Shown here piece by piece: positions 27,730 to 38,978 of a DNA stretch of 64,000 nucleotides (position 1 is the stretch's first letter; each line of letters opens with the position of its first letter). Made by a program: the position numbers and the translations under genes. This DNA comes from Candidatus Zhuqueibacterota bacterium (GTDB taxonomy: Bacteria; Zhuqueibacterota; JdFR-76; DREG01). A model generated the notes under the pieces. It ran no database searches. It saw only the letters and a program-made list of their open reading frames with translations, and was not told where the DNA came from. Location of the stretch: NCBI GenBank assembly GCA_022566355.1, contig JADFJB010000003.1, forward strand, positions 15,377 to 79,376, in the 5' to 3' direction.

Positions 27730-30655
27730 ATGATAGGTAAAACAATATCTCATTACAAAATCCTCGAAAAGCTCGGCAGTGGCGGCATGGGTGTGGTTTA
27801 CAAAGCCCAGGACCTAAAACTCGACCGCTTCGTCGCCCTTAAATTTCTGCCGCCACACATCAGCGCAGATGGGGATGAAAAGAAACGTTTTATACACGAA
27901 GCCAAGGCGGCATCTGCTCTACAGCACAACAACATCTGCACCATCCATGAAATCGGAGAGACGGATGATGGGCAGATGTTCATTTGTATGGACTACTACG
28001 AAGGGGAAACCCTCAAGAAAAAGATCGAGCGCGGGCCTTTGAACCTGGAAGATGCAATCGATATTGCGATTCAAATTTCCCAGGGTTTGGCCAAGGCACA
28101 TTCCAAAGAAATCACCCATCGAGATATCAAGCCCGCAAATATTCTCATCACGGAAGAAAAGCAAGTCAAGATCGTCGACTTCGGACTGGCGAAGCTAGCC
28201 GGTCGGACAGTGCTTACCAAAGAAGGGACGACCATAGGAACGGTTGCCTACATGTCGCCTGAGCAGGCACAAGGTACGGAAGTGGACCATCGCACCGATA
28301 TTTGGGCATTAGGAGTAGTTTTGTATGAAATGCTTACTGGCAAGCAGCCGTTTGCAGGAGATTATGAACAGGCTGTGATGTATTCGATCATGAACGAAGA
28401 CGCCGAGCCGATTACGGGTTTGCGGACCGGTGTGCCGATGGAATTGGAGCGGATTGTTAACAAGTGTCTGGAGAAAACTCCGGGGAATCGCTACCAATCG
28501 GTTAATGAACTTATTGTGGACTTGCGGCGGATAAGAAAAGTTGCTAATCCCGAGAACGTTGCTCCTGCAGCTTACAAGAAGTTAGAAACGGCGAGTTTTA
28601 AAAAGCGAGCATTTATCTGGATTGGAGTTAGTCTTGCTGTCATTTTCACGGCAATTGCTGGTTATTTGTTTCTTGCTAGAGAAGCAAGCAGTCCAGAACG
28701 TATCCCCATTGCAGTTGTGGACGTCATAAATGAGACTGGTGAGAAGGAACTAGATGGATTTATCCGGTCTGCTCATTACATCATTAGAGCAATCGCGGCG
28801 ATTGTCTGTTCTCACTCGATCAAGACTATTTGACATTCTCAAGCAAATGGGCAAGCCGAACATCGAACAAATCGACGTGGAACTTGGGCGGGAGATTTGT
28901 AGGAAGGCAAACATTAACTTCCTGGCAATTGCCTCTATCAGAAAATTTGGCCGGGTTTATACACTTGACTTTAAGCTACTTGATACTAACAAGAACAGAT
29001 ATTTTCTGACCGCATCTGAAAACGGTGAAGGGCACGAGAGTATCCCTGATTTGATTGACAAACTGGCAAAAAGAATACGGCAAGGTTTTAAGGAGAAATC
29101 TAGCGAAATTCAGGCTGAAAGCCAAGCTGTTACAGAATTAACGACTTCAAATTTGGAGGCATATCGATATTATAATCTTGGCGAAACGCTCTTGAGTCAA
29201 TTCAAATATAGAGAAGCTGCTGAAGAGTTCAAAAGAGCCGTCACCCTGGACTCGACATTTGCTCTTGCTCATTTCCGGTTGGCTTTTGCTAAACAGTATG
29301 GTGGTATGGGAGGGGACAAGGAAGCTATGCGGATGGCCATAAAATACATCGACAAAGTGCCTGAAAAAGAGCATTTTTTGATCAGGGCACAAGATGCATG
29401 GTTTAATAATAGACGGGAAAAGTCATACACACTGTATCAGGAAGTTTTGAAAATATATCCTCAGGAGAAGGAAGCACTCCTTCAAATTGCCGAATATATG
29501 TTGCACCATACTTTGGATCCAATTTCCGCACTACAATATTTTGAGAAATCGGTCGATGCAGATCCTGGCTATGGGGATGGCCTGGGACATCTAATTTATC
29601 TGAATCACGCTCTAAAAAGACACGATAAGGCAATCGAATATGCACTGCAGTTTGTTGATTTGCATCCGGGCGAGGCATCGTATCGCAGATTAGGAGAGAC
29701 TTACTGCTTTGCTGGTCAATTTAGCAAGGCAGAAGAAGTATTGAATAGAGCCTTAGAACTATTCCCCCGAAGCCCAGGGCTAGTTATCACTAAGGCGAAT
29801 ATCCCAGTCTTTAAGGAGAGTTATGAGACTGCAAAAGCTCAGATCACTGTGTTTCTATTAGATGCCAATTCCATATCGGAGCGAAGAATGGGTTCTCGAT
29901 ACCTGGCCGACTTATATGCTTATCAGGGAAAATATAAAGAAATTGAAGCAGTGTTTGACAAGATTATCGGGTTGGACTCGATGTCAGATCCAGATGCCAG
30001 GCTAAGATTTGATTACGCGGAAAAGGCATGGTGGCTTGCAGTCGGAAGGGGCGATGGAAACGCTGCTAAAACGGAAATTGAGAAGGCAAAAAGGATCGGA
30101 GGCCAACAAATCTCCTGGTTCTTTATGTCTCTTTTGCGAACTTATTTGCTTTTGGGCGAATTTGATGCTGCCGATTCTAGTTATTCGGCTGCAATCGCTT
30201 TAGCTGGTGAGGAAATGCATCCTTTTAGGTCGCACCTGATTAATGGGTATAAATACAAATCTCGCCAGGAATTTGGCAAGGCTGCTGCCGAGTTTGAAAA
30301 GTGGATAGAAATTAGAGGCTCGTTTAACTTTTGGGACAAAGTATTTTATTTATACGAACTTGCAGGTTGTTATTTTAGCTTAGGCGATTACAAGAAAGCG
30401 ATTGAAACCATCGCCAATATGCAAGGAATTTATATAACCTTTACGCCTAACAATAATTTACCTAGCTCACGTGGCGCCGTTTATCCGAGGGGCTTCCATC
30501 TTCTCGGCAAGATCTATGAGAAACAAGGTGAACCTAAGCGTGCCATCGAAAACTACGAAAAATTCCTCGAAATCTGGAAAAACGCCGACGAAGATTTGCC
30601 GGATTTGATCGATGCGAAGGCGAGGCTGGCGAGATTGAAGGAAAACTCGAAGTAA
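27730..30655 (+). CDS. Hanks-type Ser/Thr protein kinase - TM - TPR-repeat sensor protein, split by a 1-nt frameshift at TTT 28759-28761
   Basis: Kinase motifs GSGGMGVVYKA, HRDIKPANIL, DFGLAK, GTVAYMSPE. A TM helix (IWIGVSLAVIFTAIAGYLFL). The second ORF (28754..30655) continues ...ELDG|LSGLLITSLEQSRRLSVLTR, the canonical post-TM segment of this kinase class, and then TPR repeats. A TTT to TT correction fuses them into about 975 aa. Confidence 0.8.
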
Positions 30656-30836
30656 TCAATTACTACTAACAAAAACCTATATAATAATTTCAACCAACAA
30701 AATAAAAGAAATCATTGGGAATTCTTTTTTGAGTATGTATATTAGAAAAAGAATCTTAAAATGATGTCCTTGTACTGGTAATATTCCATACAGATAAAAA
30801 AAGAAAATTTCTTTTTAGAAATAACCAGAGGTCATT

Positions 30837-31643
30837 ATGAAAAAACTATCCCTTTTAATTGGCTTGATTTTTATCCCTATTTCAATATCAGCCCAGGATT
30901 CCCCTGGCAAGCGATTAGAGAAATCTCCAAGGCACCAGGAATGGGTAAAAATCAAACAGGGAGAACGGATTGTCCATGCGTTTTTAGTATACCCGGAAAT
31001 TAAAGACAAAGCGCCGGCTGTTATTGTCATCCATGAAAACAGGGGATTAAACGATTGGGTATGCAGTGTTGCCGATCGGCTTGCTGAAGCCGGTTATATT
31101 GCGATTGCCCCCGACTTACTTTCCGGTATGGGACCGGATGGAGGAAAGACAAGTGATTTTCCCGACAGAAATGCCGCAAGGGATGCAATATATAGCCTGA
31201 CTCCTGAGCAGGTCACTGCTGATTTAAATGCAACTGCAGACTATGTCAAAAAACTGCCTGCCGCCAATGGTACTTTGGCAGTATCCGGATTTTGTTGGGG
31301 AGGTTCCCAAACTTTTCGCTTCGCTACCAATCGTAAAGACTTATCTGCAGCCTATGTTTTCTACGGCAGCGCTCCCAAGAATAAAGAAGACCTTGCTAAA
31401 ATCCAATGTCCTGTTTATGGTTTCTATGGCGGTAACGATGCCAGGGTAACATCAACCATTCCCAAAACTTCTGAATTAATGAAGGAAGTCAAAAAAACCT
31501 ATGAGCCAGTTATTTATGACCAAGCCAGGCACGGATTCATGCGTGCAGGTGAAGCCGATGATGCATCGGAAGCCAATAAGAAAGCAGTGGCTGAAGGTTG
31601 GAAACGCTGGAAAGCACTTTTGAAAAGCTCTGAAGAAAAGTAA
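30837..31643 (+). CDS. dienelactone hydrolase family protein (secreted)
   Basis: Signal peptide. DLH fold with nucleophile elbow SGFCWGG, Asp (GGNDARV) and His (QARHGF). Confidence 0.85.
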   Translation: MKKLSLLIGLIFIPISISAQDSPGKRLEKSPRHQEWVKIKQGERIVHAFLVYPEIKDKAPAVIVIHENRGLNDWVCSVADRLAEAGYIAIAPDLLSGMGPDGGKTSDFPDRNAARDAIYSLTPEQVTADLNATADYVKKLPAANGTLAVSGFCWGGSQTFRFATNRKDLSAAYVFYGSAPKNKEDLAKIQCPVYGFYGGNDARVTSTIPKTSELMKEVKKTYEPVIYDQARHGFMRAGEADDASEANKKAVAEGWKRWKALLKSSEEK

Positions 31644-31729
31644 GAAAGTGAAACGCGAAGATTGTAGTTTGGAGTAGTTGAACTGTAAATCTTTAAGGTA
31701 ATTGAATCGGAAATAACCGTTTAGTTGTA

Positions 31730-32194
31730 GTGGGGGTTTTCCTTATTATGCTTTGCGTATCAATGTGCGGTACGACGAAGATGTTTCATTTCGATCGCAG
31801 TCCCTTTATTCCCTATATGCCAATCGTTCTATTTAATAATGGTTGGATCGCTGCCGATTCTTGCTCGAAGGGAGTTCATGCCCTGGTGGAATTCGAAGTT
31901 CCAATTGATGAGGTTAATCCTGGATTTGGCAAATATGAAAAAGTGGGACTTTGGTTGGAATCTAGATTTCCTCACAAGGCAGAACACGTTCGAATTGCTG
32001 GGCCTTTACCCAGGCAAATCTTGAATTACCAATCTTATGATATTAGCAGGTTGATGAATAGAACCGGACAACCGGAGGAAGAGTACTGGGTTTATGTTAT
32101 TCAAGCACAGTTTAACCTTGGATTACTACCGAAGCATGGAGATGCCATTTATCTATTGTATGAAAGCAGATTGATCAGTTTTCTGTGGAAGTAA
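31730..32194 (+). CDS. hypothetical protein
   Basis: 154-aa ORF with no recognisable motifs. The start may be the internal Met (MFHFDRS). Confidence 0.35.
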   Translation: MGVFLIMLCVSMCGTTKMFHFDRSPFIPYMPIVLFNNGWIAADSCSKGVHALVEFEVPIDEVNPGFGKYEKVGLWLESRFPHKAEHVRIAGPLPRQILNYQSYDISRLMNRTGQPEEEYWVYVIQAQFNLGLLPKHGDAIYLLYESRLISFLWK

Positions 32195-32314
32195 TTTTTA
32201 TTGCTGAAAGATTTGGATTCAAATTTCGATCTGAGATTATTGTGAACTTTCGATTGATAAAAAAGTAACTTAAGAGATCCACCGCAAAACAGAGCGGATA
32301 ACTATAAACGCAAT

Positions 32315-32566
32315 ATGGAAAAGGTTAACACCATGAGAGAATTTGTGGAATTCCTGGTTAAGCATTTGGTTGATCATCCGGATGAAATTCGGATTAATGA
32401 ATTAGAAAGCGAACGTTCCATAATTTATGAATTGCATGTAGCTAAGAGTGATATGGGAAAAGTCCTCGGTAAAAAAGGCCGAACTGCTCATGCTATGCGT
32501 ACTCTTATCAATGCGGCTGCTGGGGCAAGTACAAAAAAAAGAGTTATGCTGGAAATCATTGAGTAA
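32315..32566 (+). CDS. KH-domain RNA-binding protein (YlqC/UPF0109 family)
   Basis: GKVLGKKGRTAHAMRTLINAA, the KH GXXG loop. The likely start is MREFVEF at about 32333. Confidence 0.7.
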   Translation: MEKVNTMREFVEFLVKHLVDHPDEIRINELESERSIIYELHVAKSDMGKVLGKKGRTAHAMRTLINAAAGASTKKRVMLEIIE

Positions 32567-33022
32567 AGTTAGTTAAAATATTTGGGGATTCATTTTGCGA
32601 GTAACTGTAATAAAAAAATTAATATTCTTAATTCTGAATTTCCAAATACTGGTTTCACTATCCTTTGCCCAAGAGGAAAATCCGGGCTGGTTCTCTCACA
32701 AACGGTTATCGTTTTCTCTCAATACCACCTATCATTTCAGCCCCTGGGATAATTACAATAATGCATTAGCAACAGTTACGAAATAGATTCGATTGGATAA
32801 TTTTATTTATGAACCAACCGGTTTTTATAAAAAGATTAAACAGGGATGGCACACACTTTTGGGTGCATGATTACGAAACGCATGAGTTTTGTAAACTGGA
32901 GTTGGAGGGATTGTAGGACTAAACCTCAAATTCAAAAAATTAAATTTTCAAACCAAAGTTCGACCTAATTGAGATTTGTTTGGAATCTGTCTTTTGGTAT
33001 TTGGAAATTAAGTAAATTATGA

Positions 33023-33063
33023 GTGTAAGGTATAAGTATTGTAAATAAGCTTATACCTTACAC
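33023..33063. other. perfect 14-bp stem hairpin (GTGTAAGGTATAAG / CTTATACCTTACAC) without flanking U-tract
   Basis: Read directly. Lies just 3' of the minus-strand gene 33081..34187 and downstream of a 63-aa signal-peptide-only ORF fragment (32595..32786). Confidence 0.4.
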
Positions 33064-33080
33064 CCAATACCTAAAATTCC

Positions 33081-34187
33081 CTAGGAGGAAGTCATTTTCT
33101 GCAAGTTATCTAAAACTCCTTGAATGCGTTGTTTCTGATTTTCCGGCGCTTTATCCAGTGCGGTTTTGTAGTTCTTGACGGCATCCTTGGTTTTGCCTTT
33201 TTTGGCATAGGCTTCGCCAAGACTATCATAAGCATTCCATGAATCGGAATGTTTCTTAACATTAAGCTTGAAGATTTCTATAGCTTTGTCTACCTGGTCT
33301 GTTTGGAAATATAAATAACCGGCTGTGTTGAGGTCACTTTCAACACCGGTATTCTTGGCAAATTTCACAGCAGCGGCGATGGCTGTATTGGATTCTGCTG
33401 TTTTATTTGCTTGAACCAGCAACCTGGCCTTAACAGATAAATTATTGATGTTTTTGTCTCTATTGATAGAATTATCTGCCCAACTTAATGCTTCGTCGGT
33501 AGCCATATTATTTTGCAGGCAATAATTTGCGGCTTGCAGATATGCTTGCCAGCGGAATCCGGCCAATGATTTTAACTCACTTCGCATATTATTCAGAACG
33601 ATCTTTGGTGTGTCCACTTCAATCTTGAATGGAATCTTTTTCTTTTCCCATTGGAGATATGCAGTAGCAGATGTATTAGAAATATCCTCGAAGCCATACT
33701 GCAGCCATTCCAGATGATCAACGTTCATAGGTGAAACGGTTACTCTTAAAGCGTCTGCATGTGGGTCATAGAAAAAGCTACCCCAGGCCATGTTATCTTT
33801 GCTAAATATGATTGTCATTTCATTTTCCGATGGCAGCATATGTAATCCATAGTTACCTGCTGCTAGGTTTTGCCCTTCAATAGAAACATCATGAGTAAAA
33901 GTAATCGTGGTATTTTCATTCGCTCCCGCACGCCAGGGGAAATCGATGCCATTATTGAAATTTTGACCTTTGGCCATACCATTTGGAACCAATGCACCCC
34001 AAATCGCTCTCCCTTTAACACCCGGTCGATGGTAAGTAATCGTCACATCAGTGATACCGATTCTTTGAGAAACTGATGCATAAGAACTGGCCCTCGGTGT
34101 AGTCAAGTTCTGCGCAATTAATGGCGCCGCGACCATGACTAAAGCTGCCAGAACCATGACAAAAGTGGTAAATCGTGATTGTTTCAT
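33081..34187 (-). CDS. DUF2911 domain + C-terminal TPR-repeat secreted protein
   Basis: Signal peptide. A DUF2911-like segment (ITDVTITYHRPGVKGR...GANENTTITFTHDV...GNYGLHM) followed by TPR-like repeats (AYDSLGEAYAKKGKTKDAVKNYKTALD). Confidence 0.7.
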   Translation of the reverse strand: MKQSRFTTFVMVLAALVMVAAPLIAQNLTTPRASSYASVSQRIGITDVTITYHRPGVKGRAIWGALVPNGMAKGQNFNNGIDFPWRAGANENTTITFTHDVSIEGQNLAAGNYGLHMLPSENEMTIIFSKDNMAWGSFFYDPHADALRVTVSPMNVDHLEWLQYGFEDISNTSATAYLQWEKKKIPFKIEVDTPKIVLNNMRSELKSLAGFRWQAYLQAANYCLQNNMATDEALSWADNSINRDKNINNLSVKARLLVQANKTAESNTAIAAAVKFAKNTGVESDLNTAGYLYFQTDQVDKAIEIFKLNVKKHSDSWNAYDSLGEAYAKKGKTKDAVKNYKTALDKAPENQKQRIQGVLDNLQKMTSS

Positions 34188-34463
34188 TGAAACCTCCGTC
34201 TTGGTTAGTAATACAGTGAATTATTGCAAGGAATAAACATATTTGTGGTGACTAATATTCTAAAGGCTTAGTGTGAATATATAATTTTTCTGGATCGTAT
34301 TTACAGCTATGAACAAAGCAATTACGCAAATAACTTCCAAAAGTTACCCAAAAGTTATTTATCTTATCATTTTATATTTGCAATTCTGATTTGATTTTTC
34401 TTGTTTAATAAATTATAGAAATGAACTGTTGGTAAATTTTGATATTTTAAAAAGTGAGGTATT

Positions 34464-35396
34464 ATGAATAGTAAAATAAAAAACCAGGTCTATTTGTTTT
34501 TTGTGTTGATTGTCTCTGCATGCAGCTTTGCAATAGCGGACGAGAAAACAAATTCAACTCCAAGTGAGCAGTTTAAATCCTATTGGTACCAAGGTAAAGC
34601 TGAGCTTACGCGCTACAAACTCGACCAGGCGCGCTATGGAGAAATCCATACGGGAGATGCGGTATTGATTTTCGTGACCGAAGATTTCCTGAAATACGAA
34701 CAGGTAAAAAAGGAATTTGGTGATAGTAAGAATTATACTTCTGTTCTCAAGTTGAACGCAACCCGGAAATTTTATACCGGAATTTATCCATATTCAACCA
34801 TGGTTTCGGTATTCACACCAGTTGATTTGCATAACGATCCAAAAACATTAAAAGTCACGAGTTCTAACCAGGAATGGTGCGGCCAAACTTTTACGCAAAT
34901 GAATCTTAGAGGCCGTAATTATGAAGTCCAACTTCACTCCTATTTCCAAAACGAAGCCGATCAGAACTTTAAGATAAAATCTGTTCTTTTGGAAGATGAA
35001 GTTTGGACCCGTATCCGAATATCGCCTGAATCTTTACCAAAAGGAGATATCGAAATAATTCCCGGGTTGTTATTTTCCCGGTTTCGTCATACAAAAAGTA
35101 AAGTGGAAAAGGCGTCAGCAAATTTAACAGATTTGACGGATAATTCTCTTTCCGATCATCCACTGCAGGTTTATACCATCGAATACAGTGAATTGAAACG
35201 CAGGCTCTCAATCACCTTCGAAAAGGATTTTCCCCATACGATCGTAGCCTGGGAAGAGACACAACCGAGTGGATTTGGCAGGAATGCAAAATCTTTAACA
35301 ACACGAGCGCTACGCACCCATTCGATCTTTACAGATTATTGGTCTAAGAATGCTGTGGCCGATTCGACATTTAGAATTCAATTAGGTTTAGAGTGA
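34464..35396 (+). CDS. hypothetical lipoprotein
   Basis: Signal peptide with lipobox-like LIVSACS. 310 aa with no recognised catalytic motif. Confidence 0.55.
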   Translation: MNSKIKNQVYLFFVLIVSACSFAIADEKTNSTPSEQFKSYWYQGKAELTRYKLDQARYGEIHTGDAVLIFVTEDFLKYEQVKKEFGDSKNYTSVLKLNATRKFYTGIYPYSTMVSVFTPVDLHNDPKTLKVTSSNQEWCGQTFTQMNLRGRNYEVQLHSYFQNEADQNFKIKSVLLEDEVWTRIRISPESLPKGDIEIIPGLLFSRFRHTKSKVEKASANLTDLTDNSLSDHPLQVYTIEYSELKRRLSITFEKDFPHTIVAWEETQPSGFGRNAKSLTTRALRTHSIFTDYWSKNAVADSTFRIQLGLE

Positions 35397-35441
35397 AAAA
35401 GAAACAAAACGAACAACACTGAAAAAAATATAATATGATTG

Positions 35442-35581
35442 ACGTGAGTTCGATATATTTAATGGTAATGAAAATATGCAAAATTACCAGTCTTCGACGA
35501 GTTTATCCTGAGCATGAAGGGCTCAGGCTGCTGAATTTAAGCCATGGTGAGCAGAGTCGAACCATGAATTCACTTATGTCG
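35442..35581 (+). promoter_or_regulatory. candidate structured 5' leader: 12-bp long-range inverted repeat (ACGTGAGTTCGA / TCGAACTCACGT) enclosing two to three local hairpins
   Basis: Stems CCTGAGC/GCTCAGG, CTGCTGA/TGAGCAG and CCATGG/CCATG. Ends about 20 nt before the decarboxylase start codon. Confidence 0.35.
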
Positions 35582-35602
35582 AACTCACGTTATAATTAGG
35601 AA

Positions 35603-37081
35603 ATGATGAATTCTTCTAATAATCATGGCGATATGCCAGCCGAGGACTTTCGTAAATATGGCTACCAGTTAATCGATTGGATTGCAGATTTTTTTGCTGA
35701 AATCGATAAACACGCAGTCCTTCCGAATATTCAACCTGGTGATATTGTTAATAAATTACCCCATAGACCGCCGGTATCGTCCGAATCGATGGATAAGATT
35801 TTATCGGATATTGATAAAGTGATTATGCCCGGCATGACTCATTGGAATCATCCTAATTTCTTCGCTTACTTTTCTTCCAGTGGCTCGGCTCCCGGAGTGT
35901 TAGGAGAATTAATTGGCTCGGCTTTCAATATCAATGGCATGGTATGGCAATCCTGTCCATCATCGACCGAATTGGAAAAAGTGACAATGGATTGGCTGCG
36001 CCAATTATTGGGTCTTCCGGAAGAATATTGGGGCATCATTTACGACACGGCATCGACCAGTAATCTTCATGCAATCGCGGCTGCTCGGGAACAGTTGACT
36101 GATCTGAAACTCAGGGAAAAAGGAATGTGTGGCAGAACGGATGTACCGCGACTGAGAATTTATCTTTCCGAACATGCTCATTCTTCGGTGGATAAAGCTG
36201 CCATCACATTGGGTTTTGGCATGGATTCAATTTGCAAGATCCCTGTTGATGAAGCTTTCAGGATGAAGCCAGCATTATTGCAGGAAGCAATCCAGGCTGA
36301 TCGCAGCAAAGGGTGGCGGCCGTTTTGTGTCGTGGCAACTATTGGGACGACATCAACCACGAGTGTAGATCCGACTTCTGAAATAGCCGATATTTGTGAG
36401 CGTGAAAATTTGTGGCTGCATGTCGATGCGGCATATGGCGGTTCCGCTGCAATCCTGCCGGAAAAACGGGATCTGTTTTATGGTTGGGAACGAGCCGATT
36501 CGATTGTGATGAATCCGCATAAATGGATGTTTGTACCAATCGACTTAAGTGCATTTTATACGAGAAAACCTGCGTTATTACGCCAGGCATTCAGCTTAGT
36601 GCCGGAATACCTGAAAACCGAACATGACGAAGTAACGGACAACTTTATGGATTACGGATTTCAACTTGGCCGACGATTTCGATCGTTAAAACTATGGTTT
36701 GTACTTCGTTACTTTGGTCAGGAAGGATTGGCTAGCCGGATTCGTTACCACCTGGAATTAGCCAAAGAATTCATCCAATGGGTGGAGGATCACCCCTCGT
36801 TTGAAGTCATGGCGCCGGCGCCATTTAGTACGGTCTGTTTTCGATTTCATCCTGAAGGAACGGATGATGAAAATAAACTCAATCAGCTAAATGAAAAACT
36901 ATTACAGGCGATCAATGCAACGCATCAAATCTTCTTATCCCATACAAAACTTGGAGAAACTTATATTATTCGTTTTGCAATTTCGAATTTGAGAACCGAG
37001 AAAGAACATGTTGAAAGAGCTTGGAAACTTATCCAAACTGAAGCGCAAAAGTTGATTGATAGCTTCATGTATACAAGTTAA
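35603..37081 (+). CDS. PLP-dependent aromatic-L-amino-acid (tyrosine/tryptophan/DOPA-type) decarboxylase, group II
   Basis: Pyridoxal_deC family: HWNHPNFFAYF, SSSGSAPGVLGE and the PLP-Lys motif NPHKWMFVP. 492 aa. Confidence 0.9.
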   Translation: MMNSSNNHGDMPAEDFRKYGYQLIDWIADFFAEIDKHAVLPNIQPGDIVNKLPHRPPVSSESMDKILSDIDKVIMPGMTHWNHPNFFAYFSSSGSAPGVLGELIGSAFNINGMVWQSCPSSTELEKVTMDWLRQLLGLPEEYWGIIYDTASTSNLHAIAAAREQLTDLKLREKGMCGRTDVPRLRIYLSEHAHSSVDKAAITLGFGMDSICKIPVDEAFRMKPALLQEAIQADRSKGWRPFCVVATIGTTSTTSVDPTSEIADICERENLWLHVDAAYGGSAAILPEKRDLFYGWERADSIVMNPHKWMFVPIDLSAFYTRKPALLRQAFSLVPEYLKTEHDEVTDNFMDYGFQLGRRFRSLKLWFVLRYFGQEGLASRIRYHLELAKEFIQWVEDHPSFEVMAPAPFSTVCFRFHPEGTDDENKLNQLNEKLLQAINATHQIFLSHTKLGETYIIRFAISNLRTEKEHVERAWKLIQTEAQKLIDSFMYTS

Positions 37082-37085
37082 GCAA

Positions 37086-38015
37086 ATGGGACTTCGCGTT
37101 TTATTGTGGATATTTTTCCTGGCTGTTTTGTGGGGGCCTTCATTTCTGTTCATTAAAGTAGCTGTTCTTGAAATCCCGCCGTTTACCTTAATGACTGCTC
37201 GAGTAGGAATCGCCTCGCTAATTTTATATATCATACTACGCGCGAGCGGTAAAAAACTGACGCTTAATCCAGCAACCTGGCGGTCTTTTGCATTTATGGC
37301 TGTATTTGCCAATGCACTTCCTTTCGTCCTGTTTGGCTGGGGAGAAATCCATGTTGACAGTGCCCTGGCCGCCGTGTTAAATGGAACAACGCCAATTTTT
37401 ACTATCATTATTGCTCATTTTTTTATAAGTGATGATCGGTTGAATCTTGTAAAAATTATCGGAATTATCTTTGGATTCCTGGGAGTTGTCATTTTGTTTT
37501 TCCCATTTTTATCGAAAGGATTAACACTGGATACTCTCGGAGTTTTCGCCTTCATAGCCGCAGCTTTATGTTATGGAATATCCACAGTTTATGCCCGCAA
37601 GAAACTTCGGGGTTTACCGCCTTTAGTAGCGCCAACCGCTCAATTAATTTTGGCTACGATCTGTTTACTTCCATTTTCACTTATTATCGATCGACCATTT
37701 GAAATGAATTTTCCTTCCTGGAATGCAATCAATTCGGTATTGGCCTTGGCCATTTTTGGTTCTGCCATCGCATTTGCAACATTCTATCATATTCTGGAAA
37801 TGACTTCTGCCACGAATCTATCCATGGTTACTTACTTGATTCCGGTGATCGGTGTAATTCTCGGAGTTGTTTTTCTGGATGAAAAATTGGGCTGGTATGT
37901 TTATGTTGGTTGTGCGATTATTGTGTTGGGCATTATGGTTGTAAATGGCGTGTTTAATCAGTTTCTGGGCAGGAAGGTTGAAAATGAAATCATTGCAGCT
38001 AAACCTTCAGAATAA
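37086..38015 (+). CDS. DMT-superfamily (EamA-like) transporter
   Basis: 10 TM segments with a duplicated EamA architecture. Starts 5 bp after the decarboxylase stop. The track ORF starts at 37056; the Met at 37086 is preferred. Confidence 0.85.
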   Translation: MGLRVLLWIFFLAVLWGPSFLFIKVAVLEIPPFTLMTARVGIASLILYIILRASGKKLTLNPATWRSFAFMAVFANALPFVLFGWGEIHVDSALAAVLNGTTPIFTIIIAHFFISDDRLNLVKIIGIIFGFLGVVILFFPFLSKGLTLDTLGVFAFIAAALCYGISTVYARKKLRGLPPLVAPTAQLILATICLLPFSLIIDRPFEMNFPSWNAINSVLALAIFGSAIAFATFYHILEMTSATNLSMVTYLIPVIGVILGVVFLDEKLGWYVYVGCAIIVLGIMVVNGVFNQFLGRKVENEIIAAKPSE

Positions 38016-38068
38016 AAGGCACAGGCCACAAAGAAATAAAATGTTAAAATAGTAGGTAAGTAAATCCA

Positions 38069-38500
38069 ATGAAAATTGCAATGGCTGCGGATCACGCTGG
38101 GTATGAACTTAAAGAACAAATTAAAACTTATTTAATCGAAAAAGGACATGAGGTCAAAGATTTTGGCACGAATTCCTCTGAATCTGTCGATTATCCACTT
38201 TTCATACGGCCTGTTGCCGAAGCGGTTGTTAAAGGCGAGTTCGAACGAGGAATTATTCTGGGTGGCTCCGGCAATGGGGAAGCCATCGTTGCGAATCGAC
38301 TGAAAGGGGTTCGGTGTACCCTATGCTGGAATTCGAAGTCGGCGAGGCTGGCCCGAGAGCATAACGATGCTAATATCTTGTCACTGGGCGCGCGGTTAAT
38401 CAACCTTGAAACTGCAAAAAGTATTGTTGATATTTGGCTGACTACCGAATTCGTTGGGGGAAGGCATGAAAGAAGAATTAAACAAATTGATAATAATTAA
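38069..38500 (+). CDS. rpiB: ribose-5-phosphate isomerase B (RpiB/LacA/LacB family)
   Basis: MKIAMAADHAGYELKE...GILIGGSGNGEAIVANR... is the canonical RpiB pattern, including the Cys in RCTLCWN. Confidence 0.9.
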   Translation: MKIAMAADHAGYELKEQIKTYLIEKGHEVKDFGTNSSESVDYPLFIRPVAEAVVKGEFERGIILGGSGNGEAIVANRLKGVRCTLCWNSKSARLAREHNDANILSLGARLINLETAKSIVDIWLTTEFVGGRHERRIKQIDNN

Positions 38501-38978
38501 TTAGGTTTGACGATGGAGAATCTAGATCGAATAGCAAGCGTTTTAATATTGTCCGTTATCCAGGATTGTATTTTGACAACAATTTCAAATTGTATAAAAA
38601 TGAAATCAATCAAAGAACCCTTTATCCCTTAGTGAACTTCGTTTCCTTCGTGGTGAAATAATACAAGTTCTCTCTATTTTCATTCACTTATGCTATACAG
38701 TGTAAAACTTTGTTTTTTGAACAAACTTTTTAACAGATGTTTCTTTTTTGACAGGATTAACAAGATATACTGGATTTTTATCCTGATTATCCTGTCTAAA
38801 AATGAACATTTAGATTAGTAAAATATATTTTTTGTTTGCAGCCTTGAGTTGCGCTGTGATTTAAGTTAAGTAAATCATCCATGTAATAATTATGAATTTG
38901 TTGGTTTGCTAATTGATTTTATGCACGGGAAAAGAATTATCTTGATCCTAAAATTTTAAATCTTTAAATTATTATCCT

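Noticed and set aside
32595-32786. 63-aa secreted-protein ORF as a real small gene
   Set aside because: It consists of a signal peptide plus about 35 residues and is followed by 300 bp of non-coding DNA. It is more likely the 5' remnant of a deleted gene, and is kept only as a note in the findings.
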